In this document: positions 26,165-38,689 of the stretch, piece after piece
Layout: each line of letters begins with the position of its first letter
Position numbering within the stretch: position 1 is the first letter of the stretch
From: Mobula birostris
Taxonomy: Eukaryota
Assembly (NCBI RefSeq): GCF_030028105.1
Contig: NC_092398.1
Location: 16,248,182-16,312,181, forward strand
Direction: 5' to 3'
Length of the DNA: 64,000 bases
Translations under genes and position numbers: made by a program
Notes under the pieces: model-generated
What the model was told of the DNA's origin: nothing
The model's input: only the letters and a program-made list of their open reading frames with translations
Databases searched by the model: none

Positions 26165-27130
26165 AGCTCTTTTTTTAAACAAAACTAGAAATGTTTATTT
26201 ACACAAAAGTACATAACATACAAACATCAAATATTTACAAGACATTAAATAAATTCAAATTAAAATCTCATTATTACTGTCTATAAAACAATCAATTCCC
26301 CTGGGGGCTCACCGTTCTCAGAAATCAGAATCAGAATTCATATCACCAATATGTTGTGAAATTTGTTACCTTTATGGCAGCATTAAAATGAAATACATGA
26401 TAAATAAATATAGAGAAAAAAACCTGAGTTACATTAAGTATATATATGTTTATTAAATAGTTAAGTTAAAATATGTAATGCAAAATCAGAAAAGTGGTGA
26501 GGTAGTGTTCATGAGTTCAATGTCATTTGGAAATCAGACAGCAGAGGCGGAGAAGATGTTGCTGAATCACTGAGTGTGTGCCTTCAGGCTTCTGTACCTC
26601 CTTCCTGATGGTAACAGTGTGAAGAGGGCATGAACTGGGTGGTAGGGATCCTTAATGATGGGCACCACATTCTGAAGGCGCTGCTCCTTGAAGATGTCTT
26701 GGATACAATAGAGGCCCATGATGGAGCTGACTAATTTTACAAGTTTCTGCAACTTATTTCACTCTTGTGCTATAGCACCGCACCCCCACCCCCCCAAACC
26801 AGATGGTGATGCAGAGCTCAGTCAGAATGCCCTCCACGGTACATTTGCAGAAATTTTCAAGTATTTTAGTTGACAAAGCAAAATCTCTTCAATCTCCCCC
26901 ACCGTACCCATCATGACTGAATGCTCTCTCTTCTGGGCACGAACCTATCATTGGTAGAGGAGCAAGCTGTCAGTCCTGGCAGTGCTTTCGAGAGTCTGCC
27001 ACCTCGACCTGTGACTGGCCATTCTGGCCAGGCCCAGGAGCAAGCTAGGATCCTTTCCAATCTTGCCAGTCATAATACTAGGTCGGATTGATCTTACTGA
27101 CTTAAGCAAAAGGTTAGGTGGCTGCACCAT
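26165..27130 (-). mobile_element. Tx1/L1-like LINE 3' fragment interrupted by a Rex-Babar 3' end (~26320-26895)
   Basis: LLLGLARMASHRSR motif (cf. 53400) and a T-rich end at ~26170; the insert has IIKDPYHPVHALFTLLPSGRRYRSL and an (ATCAGA)n tail. Confidence 0.6.
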
Positions 27131-28489
27131 GCCGCTCCTGTGTTGAGTGATTTGTTACCGATACAGAATTCACATATTTGTAATTAATTTAAATCACCTT
27201 GTAGAGATCTGTTTTCATTTTGATATGAAAGAGTCTTTTTCTGTTGATCAGAGTAAAAAAAAGCCAAATTAAATTCATTGTGATTCAATGTTGTAAAGTA
27301 ATAAAACATGAAAACTTCCAAGGTGGATGAATACATTTTATAGGCATTGTATCTTGCAACTTGTATTTAATCTAGTGTTTTGTTCTTACATAATGTACCA
27401 ACGAGGGATCGAAGTATAGAGCATAAGGAAAGAGTTGCATTTGATTCCTGCTTGTTATTTGCTAAACTGTCTAACAGAAAATGGAGATTTGTAAGACAAG
27501 ATGGTGTCAGCTTGCAATGTGGGAGTAGTCTGAAGATGTGCATGGACACACATCACTGAGATGGGATACTGGTGAAGAATGTGGGCTGAATGGCCTGTTC
27601 CTGTACTGTACTGTTCTGTGTTCTGTACAGTGTGCTTGATATGGTCAACATGAGGCAGGCATTATCAGGGGATCTGAGATGCAGGGGGTCAGTAAATTTA
27701 AATTCCTTGACATTATCATTTCAGAGACATGACAGTAGTTTTGTTTAGAACTTTGCATGTAATTGGAATGTCATCTAAGACTTTGACATACTTATATAGA
27801 GCACAGTAGAGAGTATGCTGACTGGGTGCATGAAAGCCTGTAATGGAAACGTCAATGAATGCTCAGGAATGGTGAAGTGTAGAAAAGTGGTGGATGCAAC
27901 CCAGATCATCACAGGCAAAGCCCTCCCCATCACTGAGCACAGTTCAAGGAGTTCTGCATAAGAAAGCAGCATCTAGGACATCCATCGACCATGCCATGTT
28001 GTCTTCTCGCTGAAGGAGATACAGGAGCCATTAGTCCCACACTACCAGGTCAGGAAGAGATATTACCCTCCACCAATCCCGCTCTTGAGACAGCATGGTA
28101 ACCTTCACTGAAATAATTCCACAATATACAGATTCACTTTCAAGTTTTCTGCAGCTCATGTTCTCACTATTATTTATTGTTTTTATTATTTGCACGATTT
28201 GTCTTTTATTGCACATTAGTTGTTTGTCAATCTGTGCCATTTATAATTTTCATAAATTCCTTTGCATTTATTTTCCTGTAAATGCCTACAAGGAAAGAAT
28301 CTCAAGGTAATATATGGTGACATATAAGTGGTTTGATAGTAAATTTACTTTGACTTTGACAAATGTTTTTCAGTAACATTCTTTGTTTTCGTTAATTTTC
28401 CCGTGATTTATCTATAATGTTCACAAGGTTCCCATCGCTCCTCTGATCGACATTTCTCTCTTTCCCTTCTCCGGGCTTCTGCCTCACGG

Positions 28490-28600
28490 TCACTTGTTAC
28501 CCTGCGATTTGCCGATCTGGGACGTGATGGCGTCACAGAGTGACCCTCCCCCTTTCACTGACGTCGTTTCCCCGGCAACGTTCCGGAGCCGGACTGAACT
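28490..28600 (+). promoter_or_regulatory. Inverted paralog of the RFX/CRE promoter module
   Basis: TGGCGTCA 28528-28535, TGACGTCG 28559-28566, X-box GTTTCCCCGGCAAC 28566-28579. The segment 27765-28590 aligns to the reverse complement of 18830-20330. Confidence 0.6.
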
Positions 28601-30249
28601 TTTCTTGAACAATGGAGACATATTTGAGGTTTTCCTTTCCACTGGGACGTTCCTGAAACACAGTGAGTTTTGACAAATTTCAACTTGTATCTCCACTTTT
28701 TCTCCAGGTACTTTCAGTAAAACCCTCGAGTGGAGTTTTGCCTTTCGTCCTATTCGTTTTTCTCTCATGATGGTGACTGTAGCAAATTATTTCACAGTGT
28801 TGAAATGTCAATCGAATATTATTTTTTGGGATGTTTGCATGTCCCCGATACGAACTCTACTGAGTTTAACTCATCGCAATTTCCCTGCTAGTTTTAGCTG
28901 TAGAGTCTCTCACCGCTGGTTCCTGTCGGGTTCTCAGTCTGCTGGTCTATCTCCAGCTCGTCTCAGCTTCTGTGCTCTAGTCTTTGGTTTAATATTTCAA
29001 TTGACCTCGTTTGCTGACCACAGATGTTCATCTTTCTCCTGCATCCCTCTCTCTAACTGGAGTCAAAGTTTGCTGAACATTATGAAGCAGCTATTGAAAC
29101 ATCTGTCACTTCATCTACTGATCTGTCCCTGAGCCTATTTACCCATCCACTTCAGACAACTCCACCGTTACACCCGTGTAATTGACCTTATTTAGGTTGG
29201 GGACATTGAGGGTAAATACACGTCCAGAACCAAAGGATGTTCACAAAAATGATTTCAGGATTGAATGGCTTGTCATATGAACAGCGTTTGATGGTTCTGG
29301 GCCTGTATCTACTAGAATTCAGGAGAATGAGGGGAGACCTCATTGAAGCCTATCAAATGGGGAAAGGCCTTGATGGAGTGGATGTGGATGTTTCCTATGG
29401 TGGGGAGAGTCTAAGACCAGAGTACACAGCCTCAGAAAGCAGGGAGAGGGGGGTGGTGTCCTTTGAGAACAGATGAGGAATTTCTTTAGCCAGACAGTGG
29501 TGAATCTGTGGATTTCTTTGCCACATGCGGCTCTGGTGGCCAAGTCTTTATGTTTATTTAAGGCAAAGGTTGATAGACTCTTGATTGTTCAGGGCGTGAG
29601 GGGATACGGGAAGAAAGAAGGAGATTGAGACTCAGAGGAAAATTGGATCAACCATATGGCAGAGCATACTCAATGGACCAAGTGGCCTAATTCTCCTCTG
29701 ATATCTTATGGTCTACTCTGTGTCAAGTTGGGGGAACTTCTCCCTCGAGGATCCTTCTCAGATGATCTGTTATTAATCCCACCTCATTGCACAGGTTACA
29801 AACAAAGCAGCCTGTTCCTGTTTAGGTTCTGTAACATACTGCTGTAAGCAAGAGTCCCTGGCCAGTCCACAAATTCCTCTTCCACTCTACCTTGCCAATT
29901 TGATTAGTTTTATCAACACAGAGATTAAACTCACCTATGATAATCACAATTACTTTACCTTCTTATCCCCCTTTGATAATTTCTCCTTTCGTGTTTTGTC
30001 CCATAAAGAGGCAACATCTGAGGGTGTAGAGACCACTCCTACCCACATTGTCCTTCCCCTGTTTTTCATTGTCTACCGTATTGATCAAAATCTACCTTAC
30101 TGATCTCCATCCAGTCTCCTTGTAATTCAGACCCTCCTGTCCCAGTGACATCCTTGCAAATGTTTTCTGCTCCCTTTGCAGCTGAAGTGACATCCTGACA
30201 TCCTTCCCATGGCTCAGTCTGCCGAGTGCAGTCTCACCAACATCTTGTG

Positions 30250-30530
30250 CAGTTTATTTATTTAGAGAGGCTGTTCAGAACAGGCCCTTCTGGACCAACA
30301 AGCCACACCACCCAGAAACCCACCTATTTAACAGCAGCATAATCACAGGGCAATTTATAATGACCAATTGACCTCCTAACCAATATGTCTTCAGTGTGGG
30401 AGGAAATCGGAGCACCCAGAGGAAACCCACACATTAATGGGGAGAAGGTATCCTCCTTACAGGTGACGCTGAAATGGAACTCTGAACTGCAGAATTCCCC
30501 AAGATCTAACAGCATTGTGTTACGCTGTAA
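30250..30530 (-). mobile_element. HE1-type V-SINE
   Basis: V-domain core TGTGGGAGGAAATCGGAGCACCCAGAGGAAACCCAC and a (TTTA)n tail. A more decayed copy lies at ~36820-37065 (+). Confidence 0.8.
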
Positions 30531-31635
30531 CATGACATCCAAGGTACTGTGCTCAGTACTCTGCCTTCTTCAACACTCTGCAACCTGTTTCAACACTTAG
30601 TTTCTGTCTTACAGTTCTCACAGAGACCTGTCATTTACTATGTAAGCCTTGCTCTGAAATAAATTATCCGAATTCCTCACTTTGTACTTGGCTCATTTAA
30701 ATCCCATCTTCCATAACCTATCCCACACTCCTAATTAGTCTAGATCTCATTGTAACATCGCTGTCCATAACACCACCAAAACTGGAATTTTCTGATTGGC
30801 TGCCGGTGACTCGTTCCGCAGGGGTCAGTATTGAGACCACTTCTCTTCACAGTACATGTCAAAGATTTACATGTTTGAATTGTTTTTGTGGTCCAGGTTG
30901 TAGATGATACAAAGGAAGGTGCCTTGATGGGTAGTGATGAAGAAGCAGGCAGTGTGCAAGAGGACTGGGAAACACTTGGAGACTGGGCAAAGAAGTGGCA
31001 GATGGAATATTGTGTTTGTAATTATATGGTCATTCACTTTGGTAGAAGGAACAAATGTATGGACAATCTTCTAAACAAGAAGAAAATTCAAAAATCAGAG
31101 GAGCAAAGGGACTTTGGAGTTCTTGTGCAGGATTCCCTGAAGGTTAATTTTGTAAGTGCTAAGGAATGAAAATGCAATATCAACTATGCATTTAAAGAGG
31201 ACTAGAATAAAAGAGAAAGGATGTGATGCTGAGGATTTATAAGGTATTGTTCAAATTGCACTTTGAGTACTAAGAGCAATTTTGGACCCTTTATCTAAGG
31301 AAGGATGTGCTGGCATTGAAGGTGGTCCAGAGTCCAACAATGATTCTGGGAATGAAAGAGCTAACATATGAGGAGTATTTATTTGATGGTTCTGAGCCTG
31401 TACTTGGAGTTTAGAAGAATGAGGAGGGATCTAATTGAAAGGCCTAGATGGAGTGGATGTGGAGAGGATGTTTCCTGTAGAAATGTAGCAGACATCCCAC
31501 CTCTGCCGGAAGTTCTGAGAGTCTCCCGCATATTGATATTGGCTCGCTGACACCTGGAAATTATATACAATATCCCAGAAATAGATTTTTTTGAGAGGGA
31601 GAGCGAGCATGCTAATTGGTCTCTTTTCGTGCTAA

Positions 31636-32752
31636 GAGTGATCCCCAACCACTAGGTCGTGAGGAAACAATATGATTTGATGATATGTGTTAGCTGCATC
31701 TTTCCTTATTCCCTGTCATGCCCACTGTTGAATGCACGCGAGGTCATCAGTGACCCAAGACGTGCAAAGGAATGGGTCCGTGACCCATTTGTGAATGCCT
31801 CCGGTGAATTATCCATGTCAGCACGGGAAAAAGATCAACTCCTCAAGCTTGCAAATGACGACGGACTGAAAAGTATGTTTGACACAACATCTCTGCCAGC
31901 ATTCTGGATCAAAGTCAAGGCTGAATATCCTGAGATAGCCACGAAAGCACTGAAAATGTTGCTTCCATTTCCAACATATTTCTGCAAAGTAGAGTTTTCT
32001 GCAATGAATGCAACAAAAACTAAATTGCAGAATAGACTGGACATAAGGAACCACCTCCGAGTATCGCTGTCTCCCATCACCCCTCGATGGGACCATGTTG
32101 TTGCAGGAAAACAAGCCCAGGGCTCCCACTGATTCAGCGATATTGGTGTGTTGCAATGATTTTATATGTTCATATGAGGAAAATATGTGCTGTGTGTTTA
32201 ATATCCAAATGTTACTTAAAATGTTATGATGCTATTGACTTATAAGTGACTTATAATTCAGTGGTCCCTAACCTCCAGGCTGTGAAGAATACAGCGGTGG
32301 CTGGAGTGCACCCAGGACTTCTTTAAGAAAAAAGCCGAAATAAACAGCTAATTGATTAGGTGCCGATTGCATCGTCTCTGATCTGGGCCGACATTTACGT
32401 GCCAGTCGGCACCTAATCAATTAGCTCCTTTATTTCGGCTTTTTTCTTAAAGATGTGCTGGGTGCGTTCTGGCTACAGCTGTACCGCTGCATTCTTCGTG
32501 GCCCGGAGGTTTGGGACCACTATTATAATTGACTTATCACAACATTCATGCAAGGAAAATATGTGCCGTGTGTTTAATATTAAATTTGTTAGATAAACCC
32601 CTTTAGAAACAACTTACAAGTGACTTATACTTGACTTATCACCTATATTCCAGTCGTGTTTAACACCCACTCCCCCCCACCTTTTGGCTGGTCCGCAAGA
32701 ATATTGTCAATATTAAACTGGTCCACAGTGCAAAAAATGTTGGGGACCCCTG
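31636..32752 (+). mobile_element. hAT Buster/Charlie-type deletion derivative with transposase C-terminal dimerisation domain (~31740-32132)
   Basis: WVRDPF..LPAFWIKVKAEYPEIATKALKMLLPFPTY.C..FSAM..TKTKLQNRLD; TIRs GAGTGATCCCCAAC / GTTGGGGACCCCTG. Confidence 0.85.
32259..32522. mobile_element. Palindromic hAT (Buster-type) MITE, 264 bp
   Basis: TIRs CAGTGGTCCC / GGGACCACTA, 8-bp TSD TTATAATT at 32251-32258 and 32523-32530, and self-complementary arms over about 110 bp. Confidence 0.9.
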
Positions 32753-33075
32753 ATTTAAACTAGCTGACTGGCTGCTAACGAGCTACGCTATTGATGTCCT
32801 ACGTGATGAGGCCAAACTCCCTGTAGACTTGCTTAAAGTTGTAATAGAATAAACATGATAATATAAGTACATATTTAATGTCATTTTGCTGCATATACCC
32901 AACTTGGTTTACAGATTAGACAAAATCACAAAACAAAGTATTACATACACCCTTGGAGGTCGACGGGGTGGGGGGGGTATATTGAGATGCGGGGGTGTGG
33001 GTGTGCTACCTCCCTGAAATCCTGAAATGGTGGTGCTACCTCCCTGAAATGAGTTTTTGCAGGGTGGGATGTCTG

Positions 33076-33466
33076 ACATAGAAATGTAGAAAATATGGAA
33101 AACCTACAGCACAATACAGGCCCTTCGGCCCACAAAGCTGTGCCGAACATGTCCTTACCTTAGAGTCACCTAGGCTTACCCATAGCCCTCTATTTTTCTA
33201 AGCTCCAAGTATCCATCCAGGAGTCTCTTAAAAGACCCTATTGTCTCTGCTTCCACCACTGCCACCAGCAGCCCATTCCATGCACTCACCACTCTCTGCA
33301 TAAAAAAAATCTCCTCTGTACCTACTTCCAAGCACCTTAAAACTATGACCTCTGGTGCTCGCCATTTCAGCCCTGGGAAAAAGCCTCTGGCTATCCACAC
33401 AATCAATGCCTCCCATTATCTTGTACACCTCTATCAGGTCACCTCTCATCCTCTGTTGCTCCAAGG
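33076..33466 (-). mobile_element. CR1 3' end inserted into an older + strand CR1 (~30790-33775)
   Basis: RMRGDLIEVYKIM and QRVVSAWN; CR1 hairpin GGGCCGAAGGGCCT and tail. Confidence 0.85.
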
Positions 33467-34954
33467 TTGAATCTTGGACCAGAGGGCGTAGCCTCAGAAC
33501 AGAAGGAAGCCCATTAATACAGGGGTTAGGAGGGATTTCTTCAGCAAAAGGTTGGTAAATCTGTGGAATTCATTGCCATAGATGGCTGTGGAGTCCAAAT
33601 CATTGATTATATTTAAAGTGGAGGTTGATAGGTTCTTGATTTGTCAGGGCTTTGAAGGTTATGGGGAGCAGGCAGGAGAATAGGTTTGAGAGAGATAATA
33701 ATCAGCCATGATGAAATCACAAAATAGAATCAATGGACTGAATGGCCTGATTCTATCCCTATATCTGATGGTGTCATTTTCAAATTGATTATTCATTTCA
33801 TTTACATTGTTACCCAAACCATGAATGCACGTGACAAACAACAGAGCACAGATCCCTGCAGCCCACCACTGGTCACGGGCCCCCAATCTGACGGGGAAGT
33901 GACGATGCAAATGGCCCACAGATGCAGGAGAGCAGACATTTCAGAGCGTCATGGCGTTGGAAGCAGGTTATACAATGTAAGGCTACAGAGAGATTTATAT
34001 TTATCACAGCCCCTCTTTATTTAGTATTCCTCTGTAAATTCACCCCTACCTTCCTGAGCTCAAGAACAAACAGTCCCACTCTATTCTAGTCTCCTCTTGT
34101 AACTGCAGCCCTCCAGTAACATCCTTGTGAATGTTTTATGCACCAATTGCAGCTGAATCACATTGTTCCTGTAGCTTGGTGACCAGAACTGCACACAATA
34201 CCCAAGTGCAATCTCACCAACATTTTATATAGTTGTAATACAACATCCCGACTCTTGTACTCATTATCCTAACCAATGATGGGAAGTGAGCCAGTTGCTT
34301 TCTTTGCCATATTGTCCACCTACATCTGCACTTTTAGGAATTGCACCCACCGGTCTCTCTGTTCCGCAATGCTCTCCAGGACACTGCTCATCACTCTGTA
34401 ATCTTCTGTCCTGGTTTAACCTACCAAAAGGTTAAACTTTAGTTTTGTCTGAATTAAATTCCAGCTGTCATTTCCATGCCTATTTGCACAACGGATGTTT
34501 ATCTTCTTGTAGTTTAGAGAATCTTTGTCATTGTCCATCATACCATCAATGATGGTGTCATCTGCAAAGTAGACCCAGCACAGATCCCTGCCACACACCA
34601 CTGAGCACAGGCTACCAATCTGAAAACAGTAATGTACGGATATAAAAAGGGCCAGAGAGGTAGACTGGAAGAGATCATGTGTGAGTTTGCCAGCATGGAA
34701 GAGGGAGTGACGGGATGAGGACCAAGGAGTATATAAGCCCGAGAATGAGAATGGGAAATCTGAGGCAGGGAAATGTTTTAGAGTATAATGCATCAAGATT
34801 CAAGATAAGATAGAATTCCCCTGTGGAATTTGGAAATGTTTAAGAAAGAAATTGTCTGATTTTTCAATGTATTTTGAGAGTGTTGTTTGTATTTAAGCGA
34901 TTATGACTGTAAGTGGGAAAAAAACTGTGCTTAAATACTTTGAACTACATAATT

Positions 34955-36325
34955 AAATGCAACTTCCACCATCTCCAAAGGGATCCTACCACCAAACACA
35001 ACTTTACCTCCCACCCCCTCCACATTCTGCAGGGATCACTACCTCTGTGATCCCTTGTCCATTCGTCCCAAATCCCCACCCCCCCACTAATGTCCCTCTG
35101 GGATTTTATCCCCGGAAGTGGCCAAAGTGCTATATCTGTCCATCCACCTCTTCCCTTACCTCCATTCAGGACCCCAAAGGGTTCCTCCAGGTGTGACAAC
35201 ACTTCACCTGTGAATCTACTGGGGTTGTCTATTGTATCCAATGTTCCGAATGCAGCCTCCTCAACTTTGGTGGCACCCATCATAAATTGGGGTACTGCTT
35301 GTCGAGCACCTCAGCTTTATCTGCCAAAAGTGAAATGAACCTGTGTCCCAAAATTCCATTTACATTTTCCATTCCCAACCCGACATGTTGGTTCCATGGC
35401 CTTCTCTTGTGCCACAATGAGGCCACCCTCAGAGTGAAGGAGCAACACCTTATATTCCGTCTGAGTAGCCTCTATGGTATGAATTCAGATTTCTCCTTCT
35501 GGTGAAAAAAAATACTCTCCATCTCTCCTCTTCTTCTATTCCCCACTCTGGGTTCTTATCTCTTCTCAGCTGCCTATCATCTCCCTCTGCTGCCCCTCCT
35601 CCTTCCCTTTTTCCTATGGTGCACTCTCCTTTCTTCAGTGGTTGGAAAAGTGTTGGAGTCTATTATTAACGATGAGGTTTCAGGATACTTGGAGACTAAT
35701 GATAAAATAAGTCAAAGTTAACAAATGCGTAGGGATCTCATTGAAACCTTCTGAATGTTGAAAGGTCTCGATAGGGTGGATGTAGAGAGGATGTTTCCTA
35801 TGGTAGGGCTATCCAGAACATGAGTGCACAGCCTCAAAATTGAGAGTAACATTTTAGAACAGAGGTAAAGAGGATTTTTTTTAGCCAGAGAGTAGAGCAT
35901 CTGTGGAATACTCTGCCACAGACTGTGATGGAGACCATAAGGCAGAAGTTGACCGTTTCCTGATTGGTCAGGGTATCAAAGTATATGGTGAGATGGCAGG
36001 TGTATGGCGTTGAGAAGGATCTGGGATCAGATGGAGCAGACACGTGTGCTGAATGGCCTAATTCTGCTCCTATGTCTTATGGTCTTATCAGATTGTTTCA
36101 TCTCCAGCCCTTGACTATTCCTACCCACCTGGCTATCCTTCTTCCCCTCCTCCCACCTTTTTATTTTTGCCCCTTTCCCCTTCCTTTCCAATCCTGAAGA
36201 AGGGTCTCAGCCCAAAACATCGACTGTTTGTTCTTTTCCATGGATGACGCCTGACCTGTGTAGTTCCTCCAGCATTTTGTGTATATTGTTTTGGATTTCT
36301 AGCATCTGCAGAATTTCTTGTGTTT
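34955..36325 (+). mobile_element. Penelope-like element 3' part with GIY-YIG endonuclease remnant; CR1 inserted at ~35640-36090
   Basis: FTCESTGVVYCIQCSECSLLNFGGT..EHL and KEQHLIFRL; decayed hammerhead CAATC CTGAAGA AGGGTCTCAGCCC AAAA CATC GACTG at 36189-36226. Confidence 0.85.
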
Positions 36326-38186
36326 ATTATTTTAAACTACTTTGTTAGCTGGAAGTATCTTCACCTTGGTAGGAAGAGGGGACCCACCCCTCAAATAGTG
36401 GGGATTGGGAGCTAAACAGAACAAACAGGCAAGTAAACTAGTCTTTGAAGATTGGGTCATTACAGTATTATCTCCCTTTAGTGAGAGTGTTCATGGCTAT
36501 TAATATATAATTGGTCTTAAAGTCTTCACTTGAAGTTCATGGTCAGAAACCCCAATACCATCACATAACTCAGGTCTTCAATTCCCACCATCACTCTTCT
36601 AAATCCTTTTTTGCACTCTTTTAAAATTAATTACACTGTGGCTCTAATGAGGGTGGCTAAAGCTGCATAACATATTCTGGGTGTGGACTCATCAATGTCT
36701 GACACAAAAAAGAACATCACATTCCAGCTCCTGTGCTAATCATCTTTGCTGATGGAGGCCAGTGTACCAAATACTTTCATCCCTATCCTGTCCATCTGTG
36801 ATGCCTGTTTTGTGGAAGTTTCAGGAAGGAAAGATTTAAAATTGCAGGCAACCAGGTTTCAATTCCTGCTGTTGCCAGTGAGGAGTTTATTCATCCTCTG
36901 GTGCTCCGGTTTCAAAGACCTTCACAGTCCAAAGACCTACCAGTTGGTAGGTTAATGGGATAATTTACAATGACTAATGATTAGGCTGGGATTAAATGGT
37001 GGATTGCTGTCCAGTTTGGCTGAAGGGGCTGTAGAGACCTTTTCGGTGCTGTATATCAATAAATCCAAACGTTGTGTCCTGACAGAACAGAGTGCAGACA
37101 CTGTACAGTCACACACTGAATCAAACCTTTAGAAACTGATCTTCTTTCTGCAGTGCTTTCTGAGTGTGGATGTTCAGGAAGGCAACCGTTCCTCAGCTGA
37201 CTTACACAATTGACCAAAGTTCCTTTTTCATTCTTTCTGTTAGTTTAAGAGAGTGATGGGAAGGATACAGTTGGTCAGCTCCACAGGTTAAGGCTGTAAA
37301 CTGGGGCAGGGTAGTGTTGGGGGAATTAGTTACTAGCCAAGGTCGATTTGGAGAGCCTGTAAGAAAGAAAATGAATGAATCGCAAGCGGACGGCAAGTGT
37401 CTGGGAACAGAATGTTCCTGTTGGGTGAAGGGTAATCTGGCAGATTCAGGGAACCTTGGCAAATGTGAGATAATGAGGTTCGGGTTTGGAAAAACAAAGA
37501 AAACATACACTTCATTCAGGAGGTTGGCATCAATCCAATCATTTTCTGGCTACTAAAAGATTCAGAATACTCTGAGGAAGGAAACCAGGAGGGACTATGA
37601 GCTGGATCTGGCAGGTAAGGTTCAGGAATCTCCAAAGAGGTTCTCCTGTTGTCTTAAGAGTAAAAGGGTAGTTAGGGAGAGATTGAGATCTTGAGCCGCG
37701 GGAGGTGGGTGAGTTTTGTAACTGATATTTTCCCTCAAAGTTTATTAAGGAGAAAAATATGGCTCAAGATGGAAGATGGAAACAAGAGGAGATGTTACTG
37801 TGTTGGAAATCTACAACTAACATGCGAGGAGAGAGTAAAACCTGTGTTGGGAACTGCTCCGGGCCCGCAGTTTGTGCCGTGACTATGCTGATATGAACGG
37901 TGTGTCAAAGAGAGAGTTCAAAAGCCCGACGCCTCAGATTGGAGGTCACTGTCAAGTCAAGTCAATGCAAGTTTATTGTCATTAACAATATATACATATA
38001 CACACAGTGAAACGAGAGAGGGTTTCACCAAACTCGAGTGTAAAGCACCGTATACACAGCACATAACTTATGAAAGTAATGATGAAATCTAGAGATGGGT
38101 TACACATTAGTAAACAAACTAAAGCGCATAAATTAAAAATTGTAAGATACAGAGCAGATAACCAGTGATATTTGAATGCGTTGCGG

Positions 38187-38612
38187 CTGTGTTTCTGAGT
38201 CCGATCACGTCGCCACATTTCGCCGTCCCTGTTGTGGAAAATAAAAAGATTTCCCTGTCACGGGATGGCCCAGTTCCCCAGCTTAGTCCCGAAGTGGGAA
38301 TAACCGCATTTCTTTAGTTAGTTTCAATATTTCAGTCGGAAAACTACGAACATGCCAGCGGCCGCGGGAGAGAACGACATTAGTGCAGCAGTTAAACTGG
38401 TTTATATGAAAACCTTTGCCTCGAATTCGGACCAAACTTGCTTTACAGCAAAGACTCTGGCCTCGGACACAAACAGAGGGCTGTCTGGGTGATAGGAGTG
38501 CCCGATTTTAATTGGAATGGGGATGTTTTTGAGGAGAAAGAAACACAGAGAGACAGAGTGGCCAGGAGCTGATGACATGGTGTCTCCGCCCCGTCCGCTC
38601 GCTGCCTTTAAA
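38187..38612 (+). promoter_or_regulatory. Histone H1 promoter: TG box, H1 (AC) box, GC box, TATA-like
   Basis: TGTGTTT 38188-38194, AAACACA 38541-38547, CTCCGCCCC 38584-38592, TTTAAA 38607-38612. Confidence 0.75.
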
Positions 38613-38689
38613 TTGCTCGGCACCGCCGCCTCTCTCTTCATTTCTCACTCAGTTCTGAGTTTTGAGAGAGTTTGTGCAGAGTTGCCGAC

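Larger units (their letters stand above)
31489..33075. mobile_element. Non-autonomous DNA transposon (hAT-like) hosting further insertions
   Basis: Terminal inverted repeats CAGACATCCCACC (from 31489) and GGTGGGATGTCTG (to 33075). Confidence 0.75.

Noticed and set aside
36340-36610. Unassigned segment faintly resembling an L1 endonuclease region
   Set aside because: Similarity too weak to call by eye.
38672-38689. Upstream GTG start for H1 given by the ORF track
   Set aside because: ATG at 38690 gives the typical MTETA N-terminus in a good context.
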